From Selaginella moellendorffii (lineage: Eukaryota > Plantae > Lycopodiophyta): a stretch of DNA of 64,000 bases. The position numbers were made by a program, and so were the translations under genes. The notes under the pieces were generated by a model. That model ran no database searches. It was not told the DNA's origin and worked only from the letters and a program-made list of their open reading frames with translations. Of the stretch, positions 25,903-37,315 are shown one piece after another. Each line of letters starts with the position of its first letter. Within the stretch, counting starts at the first letter, position 1. The DNA lies in contig NW_003314371.1 of NCBI RefSeq assembly GCF_000143415.4, forward strand, positions 265,380-329,379, given 5' to 3'.

Positions 25903-27858
25903 ATGGGGCGGTCGTTTAGATTTGTGATTCTCGGGGGCGGCGTCTCGGCGGGCTACGCGGCGCTCGAGTTCGTCAGGCTGGGCATACCGGCGGGAGATTT
26001 GTGCATCATCACCGACGAGGCTGTGAGTGCTTTCCCTTTTGTTCTTTCTTTCTTCTTCTCTAAGCAGGGGAGTGTGTGCCTGATTGATTGATTGACGAGG
26101 ATTTCCCATTCGTGCCAGGGATTTTAAGCGCGCGCTTGTTTGTTTGATTGCTTGCTTGTGCAGGTTGCCCCGTATGAAAGACCGGCACTCAGCAAGGGCT
26201 TCTTGCTTCCTGAAGGTACACTGCCTTGATCTTTTGATCGCAGCAGCTTGCCATCCTTTCTTTCGGCGTGCGTTCTTTCTCTTCTTCTTTCTTCTTCTCT
26301 TCTATCTTCTTGCTTGTGGTGTTCTTCGTTTTCGGCATTTTTTTCTGAAGACAAAAAGAAAAAAACTGTTTTTTATATTGAAAGTATTTCAATTTCCAGG
26401 CGCTGTTCGATTGCCTGCATTCCATACCTGCGTGGGTGTTGGAGCTGAGCGATTAACTGCAAGATGGTACAAAGAGCACGGTATGAGTTTCTCTTGGAAG
26501 GAAGGATAAAAAAATTCGTGATTATCCAGGAATCGAGCTACTGCTCAACACTCAAGTCGTGTCAGTCGACTTGAAACGACAAACGCTGCTCACCAGTGCC
26601 AAGGAAACAATCGCTTATCTCATGCTCATCGTCGCCACTGGTGCTCGCGTGCTGAGACTGGAGGAGTTCGGGGTCACGGGCGCCGACGCTCGAAACATCT
26701 TCTACCTCAGGAACCTCCACGATGCAACCAAGCTTGTCGAGGCAATGCAGAGCTGCAGCGGCGGCAAGGCTGTGGTGATCGGCGGTGGCTACATTGGCAT
26801 GGAATGCGCAGCGGCTTTGGTATCTAATGGAGTCCACGTAACGATGGTCTTCCCGGAATCCCATTGCAGTACGTATCCTTTCTCTTTCGTTACGCAAAAA
26901 CCTTCTTTTTTCCTTCTTTCGCAGTTGCTCGATTATTCACGCCTCAAATCGCCACCTTCTACGAGGACTACTACACAAGGAAAGGCGTGGTTTTTGTCAA
27001 AGGCACTGTTATGTCAACGTTCGAGAGCGACAAAGATGGAAAGGTAAAACGAAACTCGTCTCGATCGCCCTCTCTAACATCGCTTTCCTGCTGCGCATCC
27101 AGGTAGCAGCCGTTGTCCTGAAAGATGGAACCCGGCTTCCGGCCGATCTAGTCGTGGTTGGCGTGGGGATCCGTCCAAACACCACCTTGCTCGAAGGTCA
27201 GCTCATAATGGAGAAAGGCGGCATCAAAGTGAATGGCAAGATGCGAACCAGCAACAGCACAGTCTACGCCGTCGGCGACGTCGCGGCATTTCCGCTCAAG
27301 ATGTATGGCGATGTCCGGCGGCTGGAGCACGTCGACCACGCCCGAAAGTCGGCAGCGCACGCAGTGGAATCCATAATGCATCCGGAGCGAGCCAAGGACT
27401 ACGACTACCTCCCATACTTCTACTCCCGCGTCTTCAGCCTCTCGTGGCAGTTCTTCGGCGACAATTCGGGCGAGTGCCTGCTGTTTGGCGATCTCAAGTC
27501 GGAGAAGTTTGGAGCCTACTGGGTGGACAGGGGCCGATTGGTGGGAGCGTTCCTCGAGGGCGGCTCCAAGAGCGAGTATGCTGCGCTCGCGGTGGTGGCG
27601 AGGAAGAGGCCGATGGTGGAGGACGTGCAGCTCCTGGCGGGGCAGGGGATAAAGTTTGCGCTGGCGCTGTGCGAGGCCACTTCTTCCGACTCGCTCGTCT
27701 CGACCATGGCTGCCACTGACGACGAAAGAGGAGCCATGGCGGCTGTTGCGTCGGACTTGTTGCAGCACAGCGGATTCAAGGTCGGGGCGGGGATCGTGGT
27801 CGCTGTTGCGGTGTCTTGGGTAGCTTACTGGTATGGCAGGAAGAAGTGGAGGAAGTGA
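25903..27858 (+). CDS. MDAR4: Monodehydroascorbate reductase, tail-anchored peroxisomal type (MDAR4-like); multi-exon
   Basis: FVILGGGVSAGYAA, APYERPALSKG, VVIGGGYIGME, RRLEHVDHARKSA, YDYLPYFYSRVF, C-terminal TM helix followed by basic tail YGRKKWRK. Confidence 0.9.
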
Positions 27859-27961
27859 AGGGATTATCAGCACTCGGTAGATGACAAACAGGTCAGAGAA
27901 TTGAAAAACAATGTTTCATGATCGTTGTATGAATGGTGTTTGGATTAAGCGAAAAAGTTTA

Positions 27962-30900
27962 TTACAAAACCTTCTTCTTTGTAGACAAGTTGAACCCGAT
28001 GCTGTAAAAGATATGCCAGCCACCATTTTGTTCTAAGAGATGAGCATTTGCATCGCCCTTCTTAAAGTGCCTGCGTCCACCAAGTTTGCATCCCGAATAT
28101 AGATGGGATCTGTATGCCAGCCGAAAAAACGGACGCTGATCTCGTTTGTGCCATCGTTTTGGCCACTCCTGAGCCTGGAAACACTCATCCCGTTCCATGT
28201 TGAGTTGGAGCCATATCCCGGACACACAAATCGGGCCTTTGGCCAAGAGCTTCAGACGTATCAACTGTTGGGACCAGCCGTGCGTAGGAAGGGCACCTTG
28301 ACGATCGAGATCGAGCCAAGGGTGTGCTCTGGAATTCCTCACGGTGGCACACGAATTAAAGAACTGTCGGAATTCTGCACTTGAGACTTCAACATGTCTG
28401 TATCGAGGAAAGCTGACAGACTCTTCTTCTTGTTCATTGACCACTTTCTCCACCACCACCTGTTTGTTCTCCCACAGTAGAAATGTAAATTCGGTATGTG
28501 CCAAGTCGAGGGGAGCAAGCTTGCGCAACTCAAACCAGCACGGCAGCCAGTCTGCAACAGTGTACCGCCAGTGCTGCCATTTCAACTCTGCCATGAACTG
28601 TGGGTCGTGAGAAAACAAACCAGCTGCGGTGCCTGCAGGATCGTAAAAAATCTTCATCTTGGCCTGCTTCACTCTCACCCCAAGAGCCTACATATCCCAT
28701 AATCCATAAAACCTGGAAGATTGTTCCGGAAGAGGCATAGGTCATGACCATCCGAGTGTCTGCTGAAAACAATGGTGTAGGTGTATATACCCCCTCTTGA
28801 TACTCGGATTTCAAAATACGAATTTCCAGTATACCTCCCATGCAGGTGTTCATAATCAGACCATCCTTGATCGTGTGCCACCAGTTGGATCACAATTGCT
28901 TGCACTGGCTTGAAACCTGAAACCGTCTCTTCCAGTAGTATCACGTCCTGCATTGGCACAAGAGGCTCTATTGCTTCAGAGTTATTTAAGTGAACAGGAA
29001 CTGCCAGCTGATTCTTGCATCCAGGAGTCAATCTGGACGAGTAGTAGCTTATGGTTTGCAGCTGGGATAGAACCTTCATAAGGATAATCAAGGTATAAGA
29101 TCAATGCCATGAGAAAGGAAATACATACCTCCAAATCACTGGGGGAGATGTGAACTTTGCTACCACTGAGATAAAGACGTTGCAATGATTTGCATTTGCT
29201 AAGGCCTGGAACGTTGGCCGCAGCCAGATAAGTTGAGTGAAGTCAAGCTTGATAGTCCGGTGACACCATGTATTTCCTTGAGATTGATGCAATTGCATAG
29301 AATCAGTTCCTCTAAGTGGTGTAGTTCTCCCAGGTCTGGCAAAAATTCAAGTTGAAAGCAGTCCCCCACGTCCAGAACTCGGGGTTGCCCGGGTATGCTT
29401 TTCAGTGCTCCTGGCAGCCCACTTACCTTGGTTAATAGGAAGCAGTGATCAAGCCGAAGTTGTTCTGTTTTGTCAAGATAGGAAATAGAGAGAGGCACGG
29501 CTTGGATGCGGCTATAAGCAATGTTAAGCCTCTTCAATGAACCGAGGCCTCCAAAAGCATGCGGCAGTTGAACAAGAGCACATCCTTCGAGATCCAGCTT
29601 CAACAGATTTTTCAGGTTCTCAAAGCCTTGAGGGAGCATGCTGAATTCCTTACAGTTCTTGAGGATCAGCTCCTCCAAGCTCACCAGCTTGCCAAAATCA
29701 GGTGAGAGCTCTGTCAACTGCGAGCACTCCGTCATGTCGAGGTTAACAAGGCTCCTCAGCTCACCAAAACCTTATCGAAACATGTGGAGAGACTTCAAGT
29801 GAGATAGCCCAGCAAACGACGTCAGGCTCATGCAGAACGAGATATCCAGATTCTCGATCTTTTTTATGTTGCCAAATGCCCCAGGGAGACTAGAAACTGA
29901 CGTGCCAGCCAGATCAAAGGTTTCCAGCCATTCAAGGTTGCCAATAGAGTCAGGGAGCTCCTGAATTCTTGAACACCACCTTAAAGATAGACTTCGGATC
30001 CTGCAGTGGCTGGGAAAGTCTTGTAGCAGAGTCAAGCTTTTGCATCCCAAGCTTTTCACTCAAGTTGGCAAGTCGTGTTAGAGCGGAACAAAATCTCAAC
30101 GAGATACGTCTGATATCTTGGATAGCTCCACGTGTTTGATGGTTGTCAAGCTTTTGCATTTATCCAACACCAACTCCACCAATTTGTCCATTACCACCTG
30201 AAATGAATGGTGAACTTATGAATGGTGATTTAACCTTTTGCGACTCGCTACCTTGTGCTCGTCATGGTCATCCCAAAGCCTGTTGATGTTGCTTCCAGAA
30301 AGGTCCAAGAAGCTGATATTTGTCTTCGAGGCGGGAGATGAATGACGAAGGCTACTATCCAAAGTCATGCCCCTCCAACTCAAATAATTCAGATATGGCA
30401 TCTGCTTAAAGCCCCCGTCGATCTGACAAGACCCCATGGTTAAGAAGGCAAGACCGTTGAGTACGTTGAAGCAACGTGTGTCTCGTCTTGAGACTTTGCT
30501 GCCAAATAAGCTCATTGTTCTGATCTTTGGAGTCCCCTGGAAAAGAACACGGAGCTACATTAACTGCTGAGTCACGTCTCATGCTTCTGGTCAAGAGTTT
30601 ATCAGCGTCTTTGTAGTTCCACATCCGGCTCCTCTCTCCAATGCTTTGGGATTCCCTGTTCACTTCCTCGTGGGCCATGTCACGTATGAGATCGTGATAC
30701 GGCATCAACTTCAAGCTTTCCAGCCGCAGTAAGTGCTTGTCCAACAAGACTTTGATATCATGGTTCATCATGCTCTCCTCGACGTCTTCCATGGCTTCCC
30801 AGATCCAGCAAACGCTTGCCCTGCTCACCTCTCCAAAGAAGCAGCAAATGTCGAGAAAGATTTCCCTCTCTCTTTGATGCAGCGGCTCCAGGCTGATGCG

Positions 30901-31956
30901 CAACTTGTCCACAACTTCTGGATAGGAGCTTAACTTGCTCTTGGCGCCTCTCCAGTAGCGCTCCCTTGGAGCATCAAACCAGCCATTTCGAGCACCAGGG
31001 GTACGCCCTTGCATTCGCCCACAATCTCTTCCACCAGGCTTCGATCCAGTCCGGCGTCCGGTTTGGCATGCTGCTCGAAAAGCATCCTCGCATCCTCGTG
31101 CTTGAGTTGACCCACTGCATGGATGAAGGTGAGGCTCCTGAGGGTGTCTCTGTCTTGGCTGGTTACAATCACGCGGCTGGAACGTCCCAGAGGAGGGAGC
31201 AGCTTCAGGAGATAGGCGTGGCTTTCCACATCGTCAAGCACCAGCAAGACGTTGACGCTGGACAGGCGCTTTTGCTGGAACAAATAATGTCGAGCTTTGG
31301 ACTCGCTGAGTTCCAAACCTGGACAGGATGCCTGCCACTCGGCCTTCACTACCAACGTACCCATTTTCACTTGGATCGTCATCTTCTCCACCGGATGCAT
31401 TCAAAAGAAACTCAAATATGTCTTTGGCAATCTTTGCAGTTGTAGCACTCGTCTGTCTGCACACCAGACAACATGTAAGTCTTAAAAAACTCTGTATGAT
31501 AGAACTTAACTCATTGAGATCCACTACATGTCCTGAGATCATCGAGACCGTTGTGAATGCCGCTATCCACTCTTGAACCTCTTCCTCAGTGGCACGACCT
31601 TTGGCTGTCAGTGCTGCAAAAGAATCTCTATAACCATGTCGGAGGGTCGACTCCATGAAAGACAGGATAAATGATTTTGCAATCCGGCTGCATCTCCATG
31701 GCTTTGACAGCCTCAAGAACTTCTGCGTTGCACCATGTTGATTCTGCAAACTTGGGAGAGAAAACAATGACATAGATATTGGCATCCCTCTGTGCCCTGA
31801 GTAATTGACTGGGGATTCCTTGTCTTGGTTGCAGCTCTTCCTTGTCAAAGAATGCACATGTTGCCTCTTGAGCTCCTGATTCAGGGAATCAGCAAATGAC
31901 AGTTTTGCATCTGGCCCTCTGTGTGATATGAAGACTTCATACTTAATTGCTGCCAT
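27962..31956 (-). pseudogene. TIR-NB-ARC-LRR gene copy 1 with post-LRR extra domain(s); frameshifted, P-loop deleted
   Basis: MAAIKYEVFISHRGPD (TIR), STWCNAEV, LLVLDDV, SRVIVTS, GVPLVL, PYHDLIRDMA and LxxLxLxxC LRRs, then C-terminal ORFs 29091-28675 and 28678-27962. Several frameshifts; the ~200 bp carrying GxxxxGKT in copy 2 is missing at ~31315. Confidence 0.85.
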
Positions 31957-32296
31957 AGAAACATGTGACTGCAAAGATCAGATTTGAACCATTGGGTGCT
32001 CGAGAAGTATTATCAGGCCACAAAGCTGGCAGACACGGCTCTTGGAGCGAGAAAGGGAGGAGGGAGTGTGGTGGGAGAAAGGGCCTCAGGGTGTCTCAGG
32101 CAAGGAGACGGGGGAATGTATGATTTGTAAATCCCCTAATTATACTTCTGCAGAGAACCCATGTGAGTCCAGCAAATAAACATGCTGATGTTTGCTCTGA
32201 ACACATTGGAGGTGGCCAATTGAGATAAGAAAGTGCTATAACATCAATCATATGCAATGTGATGACTAACATTGACACTCAACTTTTTGTTCTGGA

Positions 32297-35200
32297 CAGA
32301 AGATGTGCATTTTAATTAATTTAAAAACCCTAGTTTATATACAAAAGTGAATGGTCTAGATTGAAACCAATCCAATATCTACTAAGATCTCACTACATTA
32401 ATATTAATATATAACATTATAACTATACATTTGGACCTAAAATCATCCCCTCCCCTTAGAATGATGGAAGACCATCAAAGTTTTCTTATAGATGAGCTTG
32501 CAATTAAAGGAATATCAAAAGGAAGTATTGATAGATCTGTAAGTGGTGTTAATTGTTCTTAATCCTTTTATACAAAGCATTTCAGTTGCTATACATGTAC
32601 AATTTTAAGAGGATTGGCTTACTATATATCATGTCAAACTTCATAAACTTATGATCCCACTTGCTACAACACCCAATACGGTCCTTTCTAATGAGTAAGG
32701 AGCCCCTTAAATAAATTACAAGTCAAGTAGTTAGAAGTAATAATAACATACTAATAGTTGATTATGGAAAAGGCCTCATTAGATCAAATACCACAAACTC
32801 AAATAGACAGGAAATTGCAATTAACTCTAACTATCTTTTTGCAACACGAAAGGGAGTATTACAAGCTTGGTATCAAATCCAACTACATACATACCAGATA
32901 ACATCATGTCACATCTTCGGCCAATGAAAAGACCTACAAAGCTTCTCGGTCATATGACGACGTCCCATATGCCCATCTAAAATAGGAGAATCATGGTAGA
33001 CAAAAAGAAAGCGTGGAATAAAGATTGAAAGCACCACCAACCGTAAATCATCATCAGGATTTATCCTTATAAAATAAAGAAAATTGTCATTAAGGTGATA
33101 TTAAGAATGTAAATACCGAAAAGGTAAATTATCAACAAGTGATGTAGGATTTTCAATCTTATTGTGAAGCTTTTAAATCCATGGCTTAATCTTTTGAGCT
33201 TCATAAACCTCATCAAGAGAAAATAAATTTTACTTTGCACCTTGTGGACACTAAATGTCAAGTATAACTACCGCCGATGGTACAAAATCCTCGTCCAAAA
33301 ATTCACAGATGCGGGAGCAATAGATTCGTTAAAAACATGAGAAAAAAATGAAAATGAAAAAGAGCTTGAGAAAGGGCATTAGTATCAGCCATAGACTCTC
33401 CGGGCGATGAATAACATCAAAATTATATATTTGAAGTTTCAAAGCCCACCAAGTAGTACGATCAACCAAATTCTTTTGCTTCAATAATGAAGTAATAGTT
33501 GCATGATCACCTTTTAGTAACATCAAGAACCAAATATGCATGAAATTTTTTGAAACCCCAGACTATTGCTAAACACTCATTCTTTGTCTTAGAGTAGTTC
33601 ACATTTACTAGTTGTAATGTATGGCTGATCTATGCAATAATACAGTGCTGAACAATGACATTCAGGCTCTCTTGCATCAATAGACCTTTAAGACTGATGT
33701 CAGAAGCCTTTATGTGCAAAATAAAAAGTCAAAAGTAGTCAAGATATGCCAAAACCGGAGGAGTTGTCAATAACACTTTGAGATCCATAAATGCCTACTT
33801 ATAGTCTGTAGATCAAATGAAAGATGACATTAATGATTTCAACAACACTCTCAACAGTGTAATGTAATCAAAAAAATGATCAACAAAACTACTAAGATAT
33901 TGCACCCTGCCCAAAAAATGTTGCATATCATTTACACAATTTGGAGTAGAGAGCTTTAGAATAACCACAATTTTATCAAGATCAACTTGCAAACCCTCAT
34001 GAGAAATATGGTACCTAAGATAAGTTGTATCCTTGGATCTAAACACACACTTTAACTACTTCAGCTTTAAACCAATTTTCCAAAATCAATTCAACACTTT
34101 ACAAACATCATGGATGTGTTCCTCACTTGTCCTCTCTAAGTGGATTAAGATATCATCAATAAAGTTAATAATCACCTTTAACATATTGTAAAGAACCTCG
34201 TCCATCATCCACTGGAAAGTTGTTAGAGCATACCAAACAACATCACCAAGAATTCGTACAAATCAAATGATGTACGAAAAGTAGTCTTGGGAATATCATC
34301 TTCAGCCATTAATACTTGCCAGTAATAAGAAGCAAATTCTAATTTGGTGAACTAACAACTTCTCCCTAGACAATCCAAAAGATCAGTAGTGTGAAGAAAA
34401 GGGTATAAATTCAAGACCATCAATTCGTTTAATAGATGATAGTCAATGCAAAAATGAATACTCCCATTAGGCTTCATCACAAGATGATATTCACACGCCT
34501 AAGGACTCCACAACTTTTGAATAACATACTTTTTTAACATTTCCTTAATGTTTACATATAAAATGACCAATGATTAACAAGAACCTTGATTGAGTGAGCA
34601 TCCTTAGTTGGAATAGGATGACATGTTACAATTTTGGCTCAAGACGATAGGTCAAATTCAAAGAGATTAACATACTCCTTCAGCCGGTCAATTGCTACAA
34701 CACAAAGACCGTCAAAGGGATCAGAAAAGGGAAGAGAAGAACAAGATAGAAACATAGTAGGAAGTAATTGAGAGATAAAAGTGATAGAAATAAAGGTAAA
34801 AGTAGGATGAAAAAGAATAAAAGTGAGAAGAATGAAAGAAATATAAAGAAGTATGAGATAGAAAAGCCTCAAAATCATATTTGGCATAATTGCATTATAA
34901 CCAATTCATATATAAGATGAAATAGACCTAGTTGTATGTATGAGCAGTCTTGAACTTGAGTTGCAATCATTGTGGGTGGTGCTAAGTCAAACTTTTGACC
35001 TCATCTTTAGTATATATGTGTGTATGACCGTTGCTATAAAGAATGAAAACTGCCTCTATTGCATGATGCAAATGTAGATAGCAATGTGTGGCAACAAGCT
35101 AAGTAATAAAAGATAAACTCGAGTCTATATCAACTAACATGAAAAGAAGAATAAGAGACCTTTTATTATAAAAAAAGATCTTGGAAAGTAAACATTAGAT

Positions 35201-37107
35201 GAACTGGTGCCGAATGAACCTTTTGAAAATACTCTCGAAAGAAAGATAAAAGGGTCATTGACTTATTCGCACAAAGCCCCTTTATTACTTGTGTAACTCT
35301 TCATTTCCCAAAAGCATCTTGATGTTCAAACTTTCCATTACAACAGCACCAACAAGATGTTGTTGATGCTAAGGTCTCCACCCAAGAAATGGAAGTCGTT
35401 AATCTAAAAAATGCTAACAATGCCGATAAGTGTGATTAACTTCATCGCATGTATAATAATGGACATTGGAACAGAACCATCTCCCACAGAAAGTGGAGTT
35501 GAAGGACATGCAACAAGAAGTGGAAGAAGCAACATTTCATAATGTTGTGCCAAGCGAAGAGCATCATCAAGGGTGGTGGGAGCAAATGCATACACAAGTC
35601 TTACAAAATCTTGACAAAGTCCCGGGCACAACATTTTCAATTTGATCCACTCTGACATATTTGGCTTCGCACGAAGCAAGAGGCTTCGGAAACGAACACC
35701 AAATTACATCACAGACTCATATGGCTTTTGACAAAGACAATACAATTATTAATATGTCAATTAATAATTATTACAATTATTAATATGTCAAAATGCACAT
35801 TTGAAAATGTCCGGGAGAATGCTCCAATTCTCATGAGTGGCTGCACTCAAACATTGTACCATTGCAGTGTTGTTCCTTAAAAATATGTGGGAAATTCACA
35901 TAAATGCTGAATATCATCCCAATAATGATCTGAAGCAATCACTGTGAAATGATTAAACCAATGGTATATATCATCCTAAGGATTCATATGGAAGAACTCC
36001 AGCCAGACTCGAGGATTGGCAACAAGAATAGGAAGAGCTATATTATGTGTCATAAATACTACTATCAATTGAGTTTGTGTTCAATTACAACCATATAACA
36101 TTGAGCAATTGCATTAATTGTTTCTCCAAAGTCAAAGGAAGAGGAGGTTGCTGCTCTGCCATGAAAATGAAAATGAACAAAAAGGAAAAAAACAAAAAAG
36201 AAGAAATTGAAAAAAACTATAAAGAAAAGAAAATCTAAGCAATGCAAAAGCTAAATTTATAGTAGAATCCCAAATTTAAGCACTCCTCAAAGACAAATAA
36301 AGTTGCCCCTCATTTTCACCAATGTGAGTATATTGTAAGCAACAAAAGGGAACGACTCGAGAAACGATCCGTTGGGGTTCAAATATAGAAAGAAAGGGCC
36401 CATGAATAAGAGTGCACCTCCTTTTCCAATCGGTCAAGGGTCTTGGGATACTTGGGGTTAAGTGTCCTTGGGTTTGAATAGTACTGGGTTGGGTGACCTC
36501 CCGGGTGGGCTGGGTGACCTCCCGGGAAGTCCAAACTCAGGAGCTTACATTTGGTATCAGAGAGGTCTCGGGTCTGACTCTGTTGGTTGGCTAAGGGAAT
36601 CACACCACATGTTGATTGACATTTGGCTGGTCCAGTTTGCTCCCGCTGGGCTCGACCCGAGGGGTAGGGTGTCAAGAGAGCGAGGCTCTTGGAAGAGTTG
36701 TGGCTCTCAGCTTCCGTTCACGAGGGCGTGAACTTGCAGGGAAGCGTGGTAGATTGTAAGCAACAAAAGGGAACGACTCGAGAGACGATCTGTTAGGGTT
36801 CAAATATAGAGGGAAAGGGCTCATGAATAAGAGTGCACCCCCTTTTCCAATCGGTCAAGGGTCTTGGGATACTTGGGGTTAAACGTCCTTGGGTTTGAAT
36901 AGTACTAGGCTGGGTGACCTCCCGGGAAGTCCAAACTCAGGAGCTTACATATATGAGATTATAGAAAATGTGCATTTTAATTAGCCTGAAAACCCTAACT
37001 TATATATAAGAGCGAGTGGTCTGGATTGAAATCAATCTAATGGCTACTAAAATCCCACCATATTAATATTAGTATATAGCATTATAACTATACATTTGGA
37101 CCTCACA
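32297..37107 (-). mobile_element. Heavily decayed Ty3/Gypsy LTR retrotransposon, same family as the element at 59818-64000
   Basis: Related LTRs at ~32297-32442 (partial, followed by PPT tcatcccctcccct) and 36323-37107 (TGTGAG...CTCACA, interrupted by a TRIM). Remnant gag/RT/RNaseH/IN peptides are collinear with the 60-64 kb element. Confidence 0.85.
36334..36949 (+). mobile_element. TRIM (terminal-repeat retrotransposon in miniature) nested in the Gypsy LTR
   Basis: LTRs 36334-36549 and 36755-36949 (TGTAAG...CTTACA), PBS TGGTATCAGAG (tRNA-iMet) at 36552, purine-rich tract before the second LTR, 205-bp non-coding interior, 5-bp TSD TATAT at 36329-36333 and 36950-36954. Confidence 0.92.
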
Positions 37108-37274
37108 ACTTGAATTTTATAATTCCCTTTAAGGAATTTGATAATTTTCTTTGAGGAAATTTATGCTTATAATTACTTTTCATTCAAAGTGGAATGTAAT
37201 TTGTTGTGTTAATACTATTCCAATTTAATTTTCAATGTAGCAAAATTATAATAATCAAGACAGTGTTTATATAT

Positions 37275-37276
<2 letters not shown>

Positions 37277-37313
<37 letters not shown>
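37277..37313 (+). repeat. (CT)n microsatellite, present only in duplication copy A
   Basis: Run of CT dinucleotides at the 3' end of the lipase-EP gene; absent at the matching position near 46130-46180. Confidence 0.9.
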
Positions 37314-37315
<2 letters not shown>

